Assembly: GCA_964230135.1 (NCBI GenBank)
Contig: CAXRFT010000015.1
Location: forward strand, 12,708-76,707
Source of the DNA: Porticoccaceae bacterium
Lineage (GTDB): Bacteria; Pseudomonadota; Gammaproteobacteria; Pseudomonadales; Porticoccaceae
DNA: 64,000 bases
Direction: 5' to 3'
A program made the translations under genes and the position numbers. The stretch's first letter is position 1. Every line of letters begins with the position of its first letter. Positions 9,890 through 19,303 of this stretch are shown here, piece by piece. The notes under the pieces were generated by a model. That model had not been told where the DNA came from. It did no database searches and saw only the letters and a list, made by a program, of their open reading frames with translations.

Positions 9890-10291
9890 TCAGTGAGCAC
9901 AGCCTTCAGGGCCACTTCGTCGGCACAAACGAAAATTCAGCAAATGCCCAACGGTAACAAAACCAGCGCCCAATATGGTCAGCAGTTTTTCGCCATTTTC
10001 CCCCAACAGAGTCTCACCCACCACCAAGGCAGCAACCAGCAACGCCAGGCCAATGACCCCAGATATCATCACATGATAGCGTTTGTGCTGTTTACATCCC
10101 AGTGTCAACGCAAACACACTGACAGGTATTACCACTACAATCATCCAGAAGTGGAAAGCTTCATTCTGCAGAAAAAACGCCACTGCACTGGGCAAAAGTA
10201 CCAACAATGATGGCATGGCCAAGCACTGCATAACACAGAGTATGGAGAGACCTATGGCTAAATTGTCTGTTACTACTTGCTCTTTTTTCAT
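9890..10291 (-). CDS. MerC-family membrane protein (4 TM)
   Basis: 133 aa and four hydrophobic helices. The first helix carries LCVMQCLAMP, a CxxC-like pair as in MerC. It lies 26 bp downstream of zur. Confidence 0.6.
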   Translation of the reverse strand: MKKEQVVTDNLAIGLSILCVMQCLAMPSLLVLLPSAVAFFLQNEAFHFWMIVVVIPVSVFALTLGCKQHKRYHVMISGVIGLALLVAALVVGETLLGENGEKLLTILGAGFVTVGHLLNFRLCRRSGPEGCAH

Positions 10292-10317
10292 TTTCTCTAC
10301 CTAGTTTTGTACACTAC

Positions 10318-10770
10318 TTACACGAGACAGTCATCGCAGAGGCCATTCATCTCCAGCTGCGAGGTGATGAGTTTGTAGCCTACATTTGATGCAGCTGAAG
10401 TTAAATCTGCAATAAGCGCAGTATCAATGTTAATTTCCTTGACTTTACTGCAGGAGGCACAGATCAAAAACTGAGGTGTTGCATGGGCATGATCACAACT
10501 GACATGCGCACAGGCCACATATTTATTGGCGAGGTTAAGCTTATGCACCAACTGCTCACCCTCTAAAAAGGCCAAAATCCGATACACCGACATTGGTGTG
10601 ATAGCCTCACCGGTTTGCGCCTGATATATGTCAACCAGTTCATAAGCGGACAAGGCTCTTTTGGAGCTAGCCAGTCCTGCCAGAACTAATTTGCGCTTTT
10701 CCGTCAAGCGCGACCCATGAACCTTACAGCGCTGTTCAGCGCGACTAATGATTGCATCAATGCTTGTCAT
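10318..10770 (-). CDS. zur: Fur-family transcriptional regulator, zinc uptake regulator Zur
   Basis: 150 aa with a winged-helix N-terminus (SAYELVD...MSVYRILAFLE). Two CxxC pairs (CASC and CDDC) and a CAHVSCDHAH block are present. It is flanked by classic Zur-regulon genes (folE2, cobW-like, DUF1826). Confidence 0.85.
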   Translation of the reverse strand: MTSIDAIISRAEQRCKVHGSRLTEKRKLVLAGLASSKRALSAYELVDIYQAQTGEAITPMSVYRILAFLEGEQLVHKLNLANKYVACAHVSCDHAHATPQFLICASCSKVKEINIDTALIADLTSAASNVGYKLITSQLEMNGLCDDCLV

Positions 10771-10857
10771 AACTCATACCCCAGTGAACCATGTCAATCT
10801 AGTGAGTCATTTAGACGCTCATTAACGCCCAATTCTGCTGAGCCCCTACCTACGCCA

Positions 10858-10887
10858 CCATATGATACAGCATAACATAGTATATGG
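10858..10887. promoter_or_regulatory. Candidate Zur operator upstream of zur
   Basis: The sequence is ccATATGATACAGCATAACATagtatatgg, with outer arms CCATAT/ATATGG as an inverted repeat. The 19-nt core at 10860-10878 matches the site at 12869-12887 (reverse strand) at 16 of 19 positions, including an identical 10-mer, ATATGATACA. Confidence 0.5.
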
Positions 10888-10927
10888 ATTAACTTTTTAG
10901 CCTATTCTTATCGGCTAAACACTGAAA

Positions 10928-11608
10928 TTAGTCGGCGAAATCTAGCGTCAGCAATACACGACGCTCTCCCTGCTTTAGAGCGGGTGATCGATGAACCAAA
11001 CCAGCACCTTTGTTATTCGGCCAGGATTCACCTTTAATCAAAGCCACATCACCGCAGCTAAGCTTTTGAATATCACTTTCACACTGATAGAGTCCTGACT
11101 CGGCATCGGTAAGCCCAATACTTCCCCGACCTAACTTGGAGCGATCTACCACGTCATGGGGTAACCATTGGGTTGCGCTACCCTTATAGGTACAAACCAA
11201 TCTACAGGCGACACCGTCAACATGGAATTTTGGACACATTGCTCTATTCAGCACCGTTAAACGCAATCCTGCGCGCTCCAAATCAAACAGGCAACAATAC
11301 ATATCTACGAGCTCGGCCATATCTTCAGCCAATGGCTGATACTCTGGTGAACCTAGGACATTGAGAAGCTGCGTCAATGCAGACTCTGGAGAAACAGTCA
11401 ACAAACTGCTGAAATTCGGGTAAGTATGAGTAAATTGCTCGGTGCAGCTCTCTATACTAGGCACTAGCGTCCTTTGCAGAGCCACAATATTAGTGTCACT
11501 TTGATAAATTTCAGTGAGCACTCTGGTATCAAAGCCCCGCACAAAACGTCGTGTGTCTGCAACTGAATTTGATACACCTTGCGCCGATTCCATAGTTAGG
11601 GAAGTCAT
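10928..11608 (-). CDS. DUF1826 domain protein
   Basis: About 226 aa. Its position immediately downstream of a CobW-type GTPase is the usual DUF1826 context. I chose the Met at 11608 (MTSLTMES...), which leaves a 2-nt gap to the upstream stop rather than a 19-nt overlap. Confidence 0.7.
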   Translation of the reverse strand: MTSLTMESAQGVSNSVADTRRFVRGFDTRVLTEIYQSDTNIVALQRTLVPSIESCTEQFTHTYPNFSSLLTVSPESALTQLLNVLGSPEYQPLAEDMAELVDMYCCLFDLERAGLRLTVLNRAMCPKFHVDGVACRLVCTYKGSATQWLPHDVVDRSKLGRGSIGLTDAESGLYQCESDIQKLSCGDVALIKGESWPNNKGAGLVHRSPALKQGERRVLLTLDFAD

Positions 11609-12813
11609 GCACTTCTCTCCCAATCGGGGAACGGATCCTCAAGAGTTTGCCAGTAGGCTTTTCCAGCCAACAATTCCTGTTCATCTAACAGACACTGATC
11701 AAGCTCTTGAATGATACCTTTCTGATCGAGATTTTGACCGATAAAAACCAACTCTTGTCGCATATCGCCAAAGGGTTCCACCCATTTTTCTGCAATAGAC
11801 TCGAGATATTCTTCATCATGTGGCCAGTTTTCCTTGGGAACCGCTTTCCAGAACATTCCGGCAAAACCATAGCGGGCAATACCACCCGCTTGACTCCATT
11901 GACCTGCAAACTCCGGTCGAGACGCCAACCAAAAATAACCTTTAGAGCGGATCAGTTTGCCGTACTTTTCTGTGTTGTGCAGAAATCGATGAAACTTCGC
12001 CGGATTAAAAGGACGGCGTGCGCGGTAGGTAAAGCTGGCAATACCGTACTCCTCTGTCTCCGGCACGTGCTCTCCTCGCATCTCTTTCAACCACCCCGGT
12101 GATTGCTGTGCCCGATCAAAATCAAACAGGCCAGTACTCAATACTGCGTCAACACTGACTCGACCATGGTGAATAGGGATAATTCGTGCGTGAGTATTTA
12201 GTGTTTGTAAAATTGCCGATAACCGGCTTATATCTTTGTGATCGGCTAAGTCAGTTTTGCTTATCAAGATGACATCGGCAAACTCCACCTGATCGAGCAA
12301 TAAATCGGACACACTGCGCTCATCCTCCTCGCCCAGGGACTGGTCTGTATCTTGTAAATATTTAGCTTCGTCAAAATCTTTTAAGAAATTTACTGCATCA
12401 ACTACTGTCACCATGGTGTCCAACTCAGCCACGTCAGACAGAGAAACACCGTCTTCGTCAGCGAATGTGAAGGTTTCAGCAACGGGCAATGGCTCGGAGA
12501 TACCGGTAGATTCAATCACCAAATAGTCAAAACGGCCCTCCTTTGCCAATTTTGTCACCTCTTCCAACAAATCCTCGCGCAAGGTACAGCATATACAGCC
12601 ATTGCTCATTTCCACTAGCTTTTCTTCACTGCGATTAAGTGAAACATCACTTTGCACAATGGTCGCATCGATATTGATCTCACTCATATCATTGACAATA
12701 ACCGCTACTTTTTTCCCCTCACGATTATTGAGTATATGGCTTAATACCGTGGTCTTTCCTGCACCGAGAAATCCAGATAACACAGTGACAGGTAGCTTTT
12801 GTAATTGAGACAT
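11605..12813 (-). CDS. CobW/COG0523-family GTPase, zinc metallochaperone type (ZigA/YeiR-like)
   Basis: P-loop GFLGAGKTT, metal-binding CICCTL (CxCC) and a CobW C-terminal domain. The start is trimmed to [12 protein letters not shown] ('cat' at 12811-12813). The longer ORF-track start would run through the putative operator. Confidence 0.9.
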   Translation of the reverse strand: MSQLQKLPVTVLSGFLGAGKTTVLSHILNNREGKKVAVIVNDMSEINIDATIVQSDVSLNRSEEKLVEMSNGCICCTLREDLLEEVTKLAKEGRFDYLVIESTGISEPLPVAETFTFADEDGVSLSDVAELDTMVTVVDAVNFLKDFDEAKYLQDTDQSLGEEDERSVSDLLLDQVEFADVILISKTDLADHKDISRLSAILQTLNTHARIIPIHHGRVSVDAVLSTGLFDFDRAQQSPGWLKEMRGEHVPETEEYGIASFTYRARRPFNPAKFHRFLHNTEKYGKLIRSKGYFWLASRPEFAGQWSQAGGIARYGFAGMFWKAVPKENWPHDEEYLESIAEKWVEPFGDMRQELVFIGQNLDQKGIIQELDQCLLDEQELLAGKAYWQTLEDPFPDWERSA

Positions 12814-12868
12814 AGTGTCGCTCTTGTGGTTGAAATACCCACCAAAGTATACCGAAAAAAAGATTATA

Positions 12869-12887
12869 ATGATACGTTGTATCATAT
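12869..12887. promoter_or_regulatory. Candidate Zur operator upstream of the cobW-like/DUF1826 operon
   Basis: ATGATAC-gtt-GTATCAT is a perfect 7-3-7 inverted repeat at 12869-12885, 56-74 bp upstream of the chosen start. It shares the 10-mer ATATGATACA (reverse strand, 12878-12887) with the site upstream of zur. Confidence 0.5.
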
Positions 12888-12939
12888 CTTCAAGTGGAAA
12901 ATATCGGAAGGGTTTGGCCTGTATCCTGTTCGCTATAAC

Positions 12940-14739
12940 CTAGTCTTGAGACGCTGCGCCGGCGCCCTGACGTCGCGGATCTGAGGCGCCAAATGTGCCA
13001 TTTTTAGGGGCGCGTTGAATGCTTTGCGTGGAGCCCATAATGCGCGGCTTGCTCCCCACCACATGCCCCATAGCTTGTAAAAGCTGAAGCGTATCGGCGG
13101 ATAACCCAGATTCATAGACCACCCGGTCGGGCAACCACTGATGGTGAATTCTCGGTGCTGCCGATGCCTCGGCAATACCCATGTCAAACGTCAAAACATT
13201 GAGGATGATTTGCATCACAATAGTAATAATCGTGCTGCCGCCGGGACTGCCAGTCGCTAACAATGGCGCACCATCAGCATCAAAGACAATGGTTGGCGTC
13301 ATAGACGACAGTGGCCGTTTCCCCGGCTCGATGGCATTGGCAACACCACCAATCAAACCGTAGCCATTGGGCGATCCGGGCTTGGCAGAAAAATCATCCA
13401 TCTCGTTGTTCAACAAAAATCCCGCACCGTCAACGGATATACCGTTGCCGTAAGAAAAGTTTAACGTAGTGGTGGTACTGACTACATTCCCCCACTGATC
13501 CCAAGTGGAATAGTGCGTCGTTTCGACGGATTCTTTTTCCGCTAACCGTGCGCCTCGGGTTAGAGAATCAGGATCTATACCAAGACCTGGCTTTACGTCA
13601 CTTGACAGACTGGCTTTCGTCAAATCAATTGTCTTGCGCAGTGACGCCGCGTATTTCTTATCAACTATTTGCCCGACAGGTACAACAAAATAATCTGGAT
13701 CACCCAGATAGGCACTGCGATCAGCATAGGCCCGACGCATCACTTCCACCAACCGATGGATATAAGCCGCGCTGTTGTGACCCAGTGCTTGCAAGTCCCA
13801 ACCCTCCAGCATATTCAGCATCTGTACCAAATGAACACCACCACTGGAGGGCGGGGGCATAGCACAGACCTTGTTTTGATGGTATCGACCGCAAACGGGC
13901 TCACGACTGACCACTTTGTAATTGTTTAGATCCTCCTGCGTTATCAAGCCACCGGAGCGCTGCATCTCCGCGACAATGAGGTCAGCTGTTTTTCCTTGAT
14001 AGAAGCCCGCGCGACCATCAATGGCGATGCGCTTGAGCGTTTCTGCTAAATCTAGCTGGCGCAGAATGTCACCAGGTTGATAGGCACGTCCATCGGGCTT
14101 GTAAAAATATCTCCTCGACGCAGCATTGTTGCTCATCCGTGATAATCTTGAGACGAGAGAAGACGAGAGATCAACTGTCACCTCAAACCCCTCGGTAGCA
14201 AGCTCAATTGCCGGTGCAATAACATCGGCGAAATCTAAAATACCATAGTTGTCATGGGCGTGAAGCAAACCCGCAACAGAGCCTGGTACACCGGATGATG
14301 CAATACCGAACCAAGCCTTTTGATTATCCACCTCACCAGCTTGATTTAAAAACATATCTCTGCTCGCCGCAGCTGGAGCCATCTCACGGTAATCCAACGC
14401 AGTAGTTTTACCTTGTTCGGCGAGATGAATCATCATAAAGCCACCACCACCGAGGTTACCCGCTCTCGGAAGGGTAACTGCCAGTGCAAACCCTGTGGCG
14501 ACGGCAGCATCAATTGCATTACCACCACGATTCAAGATATCAGCACCAACTTGACTGGCGAGCATCTCTTGCGAAACAACCATACCTTTTTTACTATAGA
14601 CTGGGTGAAATCTTGCGCTGGGATCAATAATTGCCGCTTCTTTTGCATTGGGAAAGGAGGCCGATAAAAAAAAGCTGGCTACCAAGCAAACCTTTATTTT
14701 TGTCACCACCATGGAGAGAATCCGAGGTAATTTATTCAT
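12940..14739 (-). CDS. ggt: Gamma-glutamyltransferase
   Basis: The autoprocessing/nucleophile Thr context is ESVETTHYS. GGGGFMM and the SSGG blocks are present. The start is trimmed to MNKLPRILSM... (signal peptide; 'cat' at 14737-14739). Confidence 0.9.
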   Translation of the reverse strand: MNKLPRILSMVVTKIKVCLVASFFLSASFPNAKEAAIIDPSARFHPVYSKKGMVVSQEMLASQVGADILNRGGNAIDAAVATGFALAVTLPRAGNLGGGGFMMIHLAEQGKTTALDYREMAPAAASRDMFLNQAGEVDNQKAWFGIASSGVPGSVAGLLHAHDNYGILDFADVIAPAIELATEGFEVTVDLSSSLVSRLSRMSNNAASRRYFYKPDGRAYQPGDILRQLDLAETLKRIAIDGRAGFYQGKTADLIVAEMQRSGGLITQEDLNNYKVVSREPVCGRYHQNKVCAMPPPSSGGVHLVQMLNMLEGWDLQALGHNSAAYIHRLVEVMRRAYADRSAYLGDPDYFVVPVGQIVDKKYAASLRKTIDLTKASLSSDVKPGLGIDPDSLTRGARLAEKESVETTHYSTWDQWGNVVSTTTTLNFSYGNGISVDGAGFLLNNEMDDFSAKPGSPNGYGLIGGVANAIEPGKRPLSSMTPTIVFDADGAPLLATGSPGGSTIITIVMQIILNVLTFDMGIAEASAAPRIHHQWLPDRVVYESGLSADTLQLLQAMGHVVGSKPRIMGSTQSIQRAPKNGTFGASDPRRQGAGAASQD

Positions 14740-14951
14740 TGTATGTCTCCTGCCACCCTGCGGTGAATTCTTAACAATCCAGTCTACCAAGTCATAATTA
14801 ATCAACATAGACTTTTTCCAACTGTCCCGGCAAGTAACCCCTCTGACATGTAAGAACAGCGTTCATTTTTATACTTTAATCACCTGGACATAGAAGCAGG
14901 CGTTGGAGCTAATTGACACTTAAAACAAAATATTAAATTTAAAGTGAATAC

Positions 14952-15575
14952 TCACTTACGGCAAGAACCCCAATAATTATAACCGGCAAATTTTGGTGTA
15001 CTGGGAAGGTACATCTCATCCATAGTATCGATCGTCAGTCCTGCAGATCGGATCAATTTAGGAATATCTCGATTAAGATGACAGCCACCGGCAATCATTC
15101 CCCACAGAGGATCAATGCGCCCCTGCCATTTAGCCACAGACTGATCCGGCGCCAAACCATGTTCACAAAACAATATCTTACCTTCAGGCTTAAGTACACG
15201 GCGCATTTCTTTGGCTGCACGTACTGCATCTGGAATAGTGCAGAGTGTGTAGGTCACCAGCACTGTATCCACATGATCATCTGGTAAGTCAATTGTCTCG
15301 GCACTGGCAAGAACAAATTCCACACTTAAGCCTAATTCAGCCGCAGTTTTTTCGGCCATAGCGTTGAGTTCAGGAGAGGGATCGAGTCCGATTATTCTAG
15401 TTACTTTATCACCACTGTAGTAAGGTAAATTAAGACCGGAACCTATACCAATTTCAAGAACCACACCCTCCGCATGGGGAACTATTTTCTCACGTTGATA
15501 GCGAACTGGTTTACTACCACAGGCACAATTTAAGACACTGGGCAAAATGTATTTGTCATAAAATCCCATACTCAA
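14952..15575 (-). CDS. Class I SAM-dependent methyltransferase (Methyltransf_11 type)
   Basis: SAM motif I VLEIGIGSGLN, post-I acidic residue (GLDPS) and motif II/III (DTVLVTYTLC...LKPEGKILFCEHG). Confidence 0.85.
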   Translation of the reverse strand: MSMGFYDKYILPSVLNCACGSKPVRYQREKIVPHAEGVVLEIGIGSGLNLPYYSGDKVTRIIGLDPSPELNAMAEKTAAELGLSVEFVLASAETIDLPDDHVDTVLVTYTLCTIPDAVRAAKEMRRVLKPEGKILFCEHGLAPDQSVAKWQGRIDPLWGMIAGGCHLNRDIPKLIRSAGLTIDTMDEMYLPSTPKFAGYNYWGSCRK

Positions 15576-15594
15576 CCCTCTCAGTAGACGTCGC

Positions 15595-15966
15595 TTACAC
15601 TAGATCGATAGCATAATCGCTCAGAATTGACAAAGGTACAACCTGAAGTGCCTGTTGGTTTGTACGCTTGATATAGACCCTCGGAGCCACTCCAGCTTGA
15701 TGAGCCTCAAGCCAGCGCGATGCACACAGGCACCAAGCTTGGCCAGCAACAAGCCCAGGAAACTCAACCTCCGGTCTCGACGTCACCAGATCATTACCTT
15801 GAGACAACGAAAAATCAAGAAAGCTGTCTGTAATTAGTGCGCAGATTGTGTGAGATCCAGCATCGTAGCGAGAAGTATTGCAATAGCCATCACGAAAGTA
15901 ACCTGTGACAGGATGACAACCACACTCTTCGAGCGGCTCACCCAAAACATTGATTTGTGCTGACAT
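15595..15966 (-). CDS. DUF2237 family protein
   Basis: 123 aa. NVLGEPLE.CGCHPVTGYFRDGYCNT......GSHTICA is the characteristic DUF2237 N-terminus. It is separated by 3 nt from the upstream halogenase stop. Confidence 0.72.
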   Translation of the reverse strand: MSAQINVLGEPLEECGCHPVTGYFRDGYCNTSRYDAGSHTICALITDSFLDFSLSQGNDLVTSRPEVEFPGLVAGQAWCLCASRWLEAHQAGVAPRVYIKRTNQQALQVVPLSILSDYAIDLV

Positions 15967-15969
15967 ACC

Positions 15970-17466
15970 TTAGCCCGCTGAAACCGTTTGTGCGGGACAG
16001 TAACGCGCTAAAAATTCTTCATGGGAAGGTAACTGCTTGACCACCTGATCAACAGATATCTTCAAGCTAAGTAAAAAGCTCTCTAACTCACGTTCACTCA
16101 TCATGTTGACTATGGGATGATACTGCTCGGGCGTAAGACCCTGGCCTAACATAACTTGAGTCCAGCTATTTTCCGCAAAGACATCACCTTCTCCGTGAAA
16201 CACTCGCCCGGATTGCTTAAATAAATCTAGTCGATGAGACAGTGTCTCTGGAATATCCATGGTTCTACAGTGACGCCAAAATGCTGTGTCATCTCGCTCG
16301 GTCACATGGTAGTGCATGATAATAAAATCACGGATGAAGTAGTACTCATCGCTCATCTGCCGGTTAAACTCGTCTCGATCTGCATCTGTGATACCCTGTA
16401 ACGGGAACATTTGCATCAGTCGAATAATACCTCGCTGGATCAGATGAATACTGGTGGATTCTAAAGGCTCCAGAAATCCTGCCGCCAAACCCAGAGATAC
16501 ACAATTCTTATTCCACTGCTGTCGCCGTTGACCGGTGCGGAATTTAATCACTCTCGGCGTGGTTAAGACCTCACCTTCAACATTGTCGAGTAATATCGAG
16601 ATAGCTTCATCCTCACTCAAATAGTCACTACTGTAGACCATTCCATTGCCAACTCTCGACTGTAGAGGAATACGCCATTGCCAACCAAAATCTCGGGCAA
16701 TGGATCTGGTGTAGGGAATTGGCGGTGCCACTGATGCGGTTTGCACCGCCACTGCACGATCGCAGGGTAACCAATTTGACCAATCCTGGTACTCAGTCTG
16801 AAGTGTTTTTCCGATAAGCAAGGCGGCGAAACCGGAACAATCTACGAAAAGATCACCAGATACCGACAGGCCAGATTCGAGAACAACATCAGATAAGTCC
16901 CCGGATTCATGCTGATTCACCGTAACAATCTTACCTTCAACACGCCGGACACCATTCTGCTCTGCCATTCTCCGCAGAAATTTAGCGTAGGCACTGGCAT
17001 CCAGGTGATAGGCATAATTCAGTGCATTCTGCTTTAACAAGCCAAACTTATTTGCTTTAGCTGCCATCAGCTCTGGCGAATAGTGACTGTATTCTTCGCT
17101 AATTCCAAGAGATTTACCCTTGAGCCAAAAATGCTGAAATCCCGCAGCCCAACAGGATTTACCTGTGTAGCCGAATGCATGTATATAGTCTTCACCCAAC
17201 TGCTTCCAGTTTTCAAAGGAAATTCCGAGTTTGATGGTTCCCTGAACTTCGGCGAGAAATTTCGCCTCATCAATTTTAAGCAACTGATGCAAAGCAAAAA
17301 AGGTTGGTATGGTTGCTTCGCCGACTCCGACAGTGCCAATTTCATCGGACTCGATCAACGTAACGTCAAGATCTCGACCTATGAGTTTTGCCAAAGAGAC
17401 AGCGCACATCCAACCGGCGGTACCTCCACCAACCACGACCACTCGTTTAACCTTCTGACCTGTCAA
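15970..17466 (-). CDS. Flavin-dependent halogenase homologue ('tryptophan halogenase' family), copy 1
   Basis: FAD motif VVVGGGTAGW and VGVGEATIP are present. A Lys-containing block GTIKLGISFENW sits at the expected position of the catalytic Lys. WxWxIP is intact (GWQWRIPL), as is GFLEPLESTSI. Confidence 0.85.
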   Translation of the reverse strand: MTGQKVKRVVVVGGGTAGWMCAVSLAKLIGRDLDVTLIESDEIGTVGVGEATIPTFFALHQLLKIDEAKFLAEVQGTIKLGISFENWKQLGEDYIHAFGYTGKSCWAAGFQHFWLKGKSLGISEEYSHYSPELMAAKANKFGLLKQNALNYAYHLDASAYAKFLRRMAEQNGVRRVEGKIVTVNQHESGDLSDVVLESGLSVSGDLFVDCSGFAALLIGKTLQTEYQDWSNWLPCDRAVAVQTASVAPPIPYTRSIARDFGWQWRIPLQSRVGNGMVYSSDYLSEDEAISILLDNVEGEVLTTPRVIKFRTGQRRQQWNKNCVSLGLAAGFLEPLESTSIHLIQRGIIRLMQMFPLQGITDADRDEFNRQMSDEYYFIRDFIIMHYHVTERDDTAFWRHCRTMDIPETLSHRLDLFKQSGRVFHGEGDVFAENSWTQVMLGQGLTPEQYHPIVNMMSERELESFLLSLKISVDQVVKQLPSHEEFLARYCPAQTVSAG

Positions 17467-17492
17467 ATTAAATCCTCCACCATAACCGACTA

Positions 17493-18503
17493 TTATCTTA
17501 GCTTGTCAACGATCACACTGCGTATCTGTTGAGCTGTACCTTCGTCCATAGGATTCAAAGCCCCTCGCGCGGCCTCGGGTATATGCTCAAAATGTTCTCG
17601 CTTCGGATTGAACACGTAGTGATCAAACAAATTCTTCCATACGGCCCGTTGCTCATCGGGCAAATCACGCAAGCCAACCATAGCATGTTGCAAGACACTC
17701 AATGGCGGACCCATATAAGAAGGTGTATTACGCCACCAATAATTGACCAACACATTGACCGGATCTAGCGCTTCCACATGATGCCACCACATACTGGGCA
17801 CTAAAATTGCGTCACCGGGCTCAAGGTCGGCGACTTGAGCATATTTCAATGCAGCTTTAAACCGCGGGAACTTAACAAAGTCCGGCTGGGCGAAATCCAC
17901 CATACTAATCGGTTGACCTGCCGGAGTGAAATCCACGGGACCCACATAAAGGTTCTCTAACTGCTCAGGCGGAAACAGGGTGAAGCGACGATGACCCGCG
18001 ACTGAGCAAGCTATATTGGTGGGAAAATCATAATGCGCCGCCACGCGACTTTGATTACCAATCCACAGGGAAGCCAAAGGTGCCTGAGCATGCAGATTAA
18101 TATCATTTTCAGCTCTGAAGCCTGGCAACCAATTATCAATATTTGTCGAACCGACGTATATCATTGGCGGCCTCTCTTCAGACTGATACTGCTCGAGCCT
18201 ATCAAATACTTCATCTAGGAGGAGCCGACAATAATCAATATTGAGAGATTTACAATCCTCCGAGTAGAAAATTCGCCCTCTAATGCTCGGGCCTCCGACC
18301 ATTGCTGTCAAAGCCTTGCCACTGTCAAATTGACGCAGATAGTTAATCGCATGACCATAGGATTTAGCTGCTTCTTTCACCATCGGCCAATGAGCAACCA
18401 AACCCTTGAGCACCACTGGCTCGGTTGCATTCAGGAGGTCATGAGACAATTGATGGGAATCAACATCTCTGATCTGCTTCACTCTTGTGTCAACCTTGGT
18501 CAT
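17493..18503 (-). CDS. Cupin-like / JmjC-domain protein (putative Fe(II)/2-oxoglutarate oxygenase)
   Basis: The HxD...H facial-triad pattern is present: AAHYDFP followed by SMWWHHVEAL. The length and layout fit the Cupin_8/JmjC family. Confidence 0.78.
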   Translation of the reverse strand: MTKVDTRVKQIRDVDSHQLSHDLLNATEPVVLKGLVAHWPMVKEAAKSYGHAINYLRQFDSGKALTAMVGGPSIRGRIFYSEDCKSLNIDYCRLLLDEVFDRLEQYQSEERPPMIYVGSTNIDNWLPGFRAENDINLHAQAPLASLWIGNQSRVAAHYDFPTNIACSVAGHRRFTLFPPEQLENLYVGPVDFTPAGQPISMVDFAQPDFVKFPRFKAALKYAQVADLEPGDAILVPSMWWHHVEALDPVNVLVNYWWRNTPSYMGPPLSVLQHAMVGLRDLPDEQRAVWKNLFDHYVFNPKREHFEHIPEAARGALNPMDEGTAQQIRSVIVDKLR

Positions 18504-18544
18504 CGATGACTATCCCTGACGAAACCAAATAAATTTTACGGTTA

Positions 18545-19264
18545 TTATTCAACAGCACTCTTTTTTTCCACTATGGGGCGAAGGCGAGCGTGGGAAGCCA
18601 CGGCCATAAATATAGCCTGAAGAAATCCTTGCTTGTTTAAAGACTGCAATGTGCTGCCATCTAATTGATACAAGTTGGTCTCTTTAATGGTATAAAAACC
18701 GGTCAACTGATTCCGCGTTCCATTTCTGAGCGTCACCTCGAGCGTGAATGCTTCAAGAAGATCATGCTCCACAAGAGTCTGAATGAATCCTTTATTGTGC
18801 TCATGTCCCGCATGGATGGATTCCAAAATACTTATCATCTCAGTCAAATAGGGTGATGCCGAGCCATCATCATAAAATAACCTCTCCCCATCACCCTCTG
18901 CCACACGCGGATTATCCATATCTATAGAGACCACCGGCCTTCTACCATCAGGTTGTTGATCATCGGCTTGGAAACCAATTAGAAATGGATGCCTGCGCAT
19001 AGACATGGGAATGTATGTGGCATCCCATCCGTCATCAGTAAGAAACAAATTTTCCTGTTGTTCCAGACCAAAGAGCGCCACGGGATAGAAACTTCCCGAT
19101 TCCGCGTCTTTACAAAAAAATATCGGATAACATGATTGAATATCACGGAATTCAGCAGGGAATGTCATGGCATGCATCACATTATCACCATAGTGCTTGC
19201 CACGAGTAGTGATCACACGCACTCCATTGTGTATATCTTTATTAAGTACTTTGTAGTCAGTCAT
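18545..19264 (-). CDS. SapC family protein
   Basis: 239 aa. The N-terminus ...H........Y......M.....EF......YPIFF.KD...G.F.PVALFGL is typical of SapC-related proteins that accompany TBDR/halogenase loci. Confidence 0.7.
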   Translation of the reverse strand: MTDYKVLNKDIHNGVRVITTRGKHYGDNVMHAMTFPAEFRDIQSCYPIFFCKDAESGSFYPVALFGLEQQENLFLTDDGWDATYIPMSMRRHPFLIGFQADDQQPDGRRPVVSIDMDNPRVAEGDGERLFYDDGSASPYLTEMISILESIHAGHEHNKGFIQTLVEHDLLEAFTLEVTLRNGTRNQLTGFYTIKETNLYQLDGSTLQSLNKQGFLQAIFMAVASHARLRPIVEKKSAVE

Positions 19265-19303
19265 AAAACTCGAATTCCGATTATCCCCATTGGTGTTCCT
19301 ATT

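Noticed and set aside
9890-10291. The MerC-family gene as evidence of a mercury-resistance operon or mobile element
   Set aside because: No merR, merT, merP or merA gene, and no transposon gene, is present anywhere in the window. The gene sits 26 nt downstream of zur, inside a zinc-homeostasis context.
12814-12885. N-terminal extension of the CobW-like ORF ([16 protein letters not shown]...)
   Set aside because: The extension is hydrophobic junk preceding a cytoplasmic GTPase, and it runs through the palindromic operator-like site. The internal Met directly before the P-loop region is the better start. Comparable extensions were trimmed for the BNR protein, ggt, azurin, M28, the HD-GYP protein, both TBDRs, the amine oxidase, phhB and halogenase 2.
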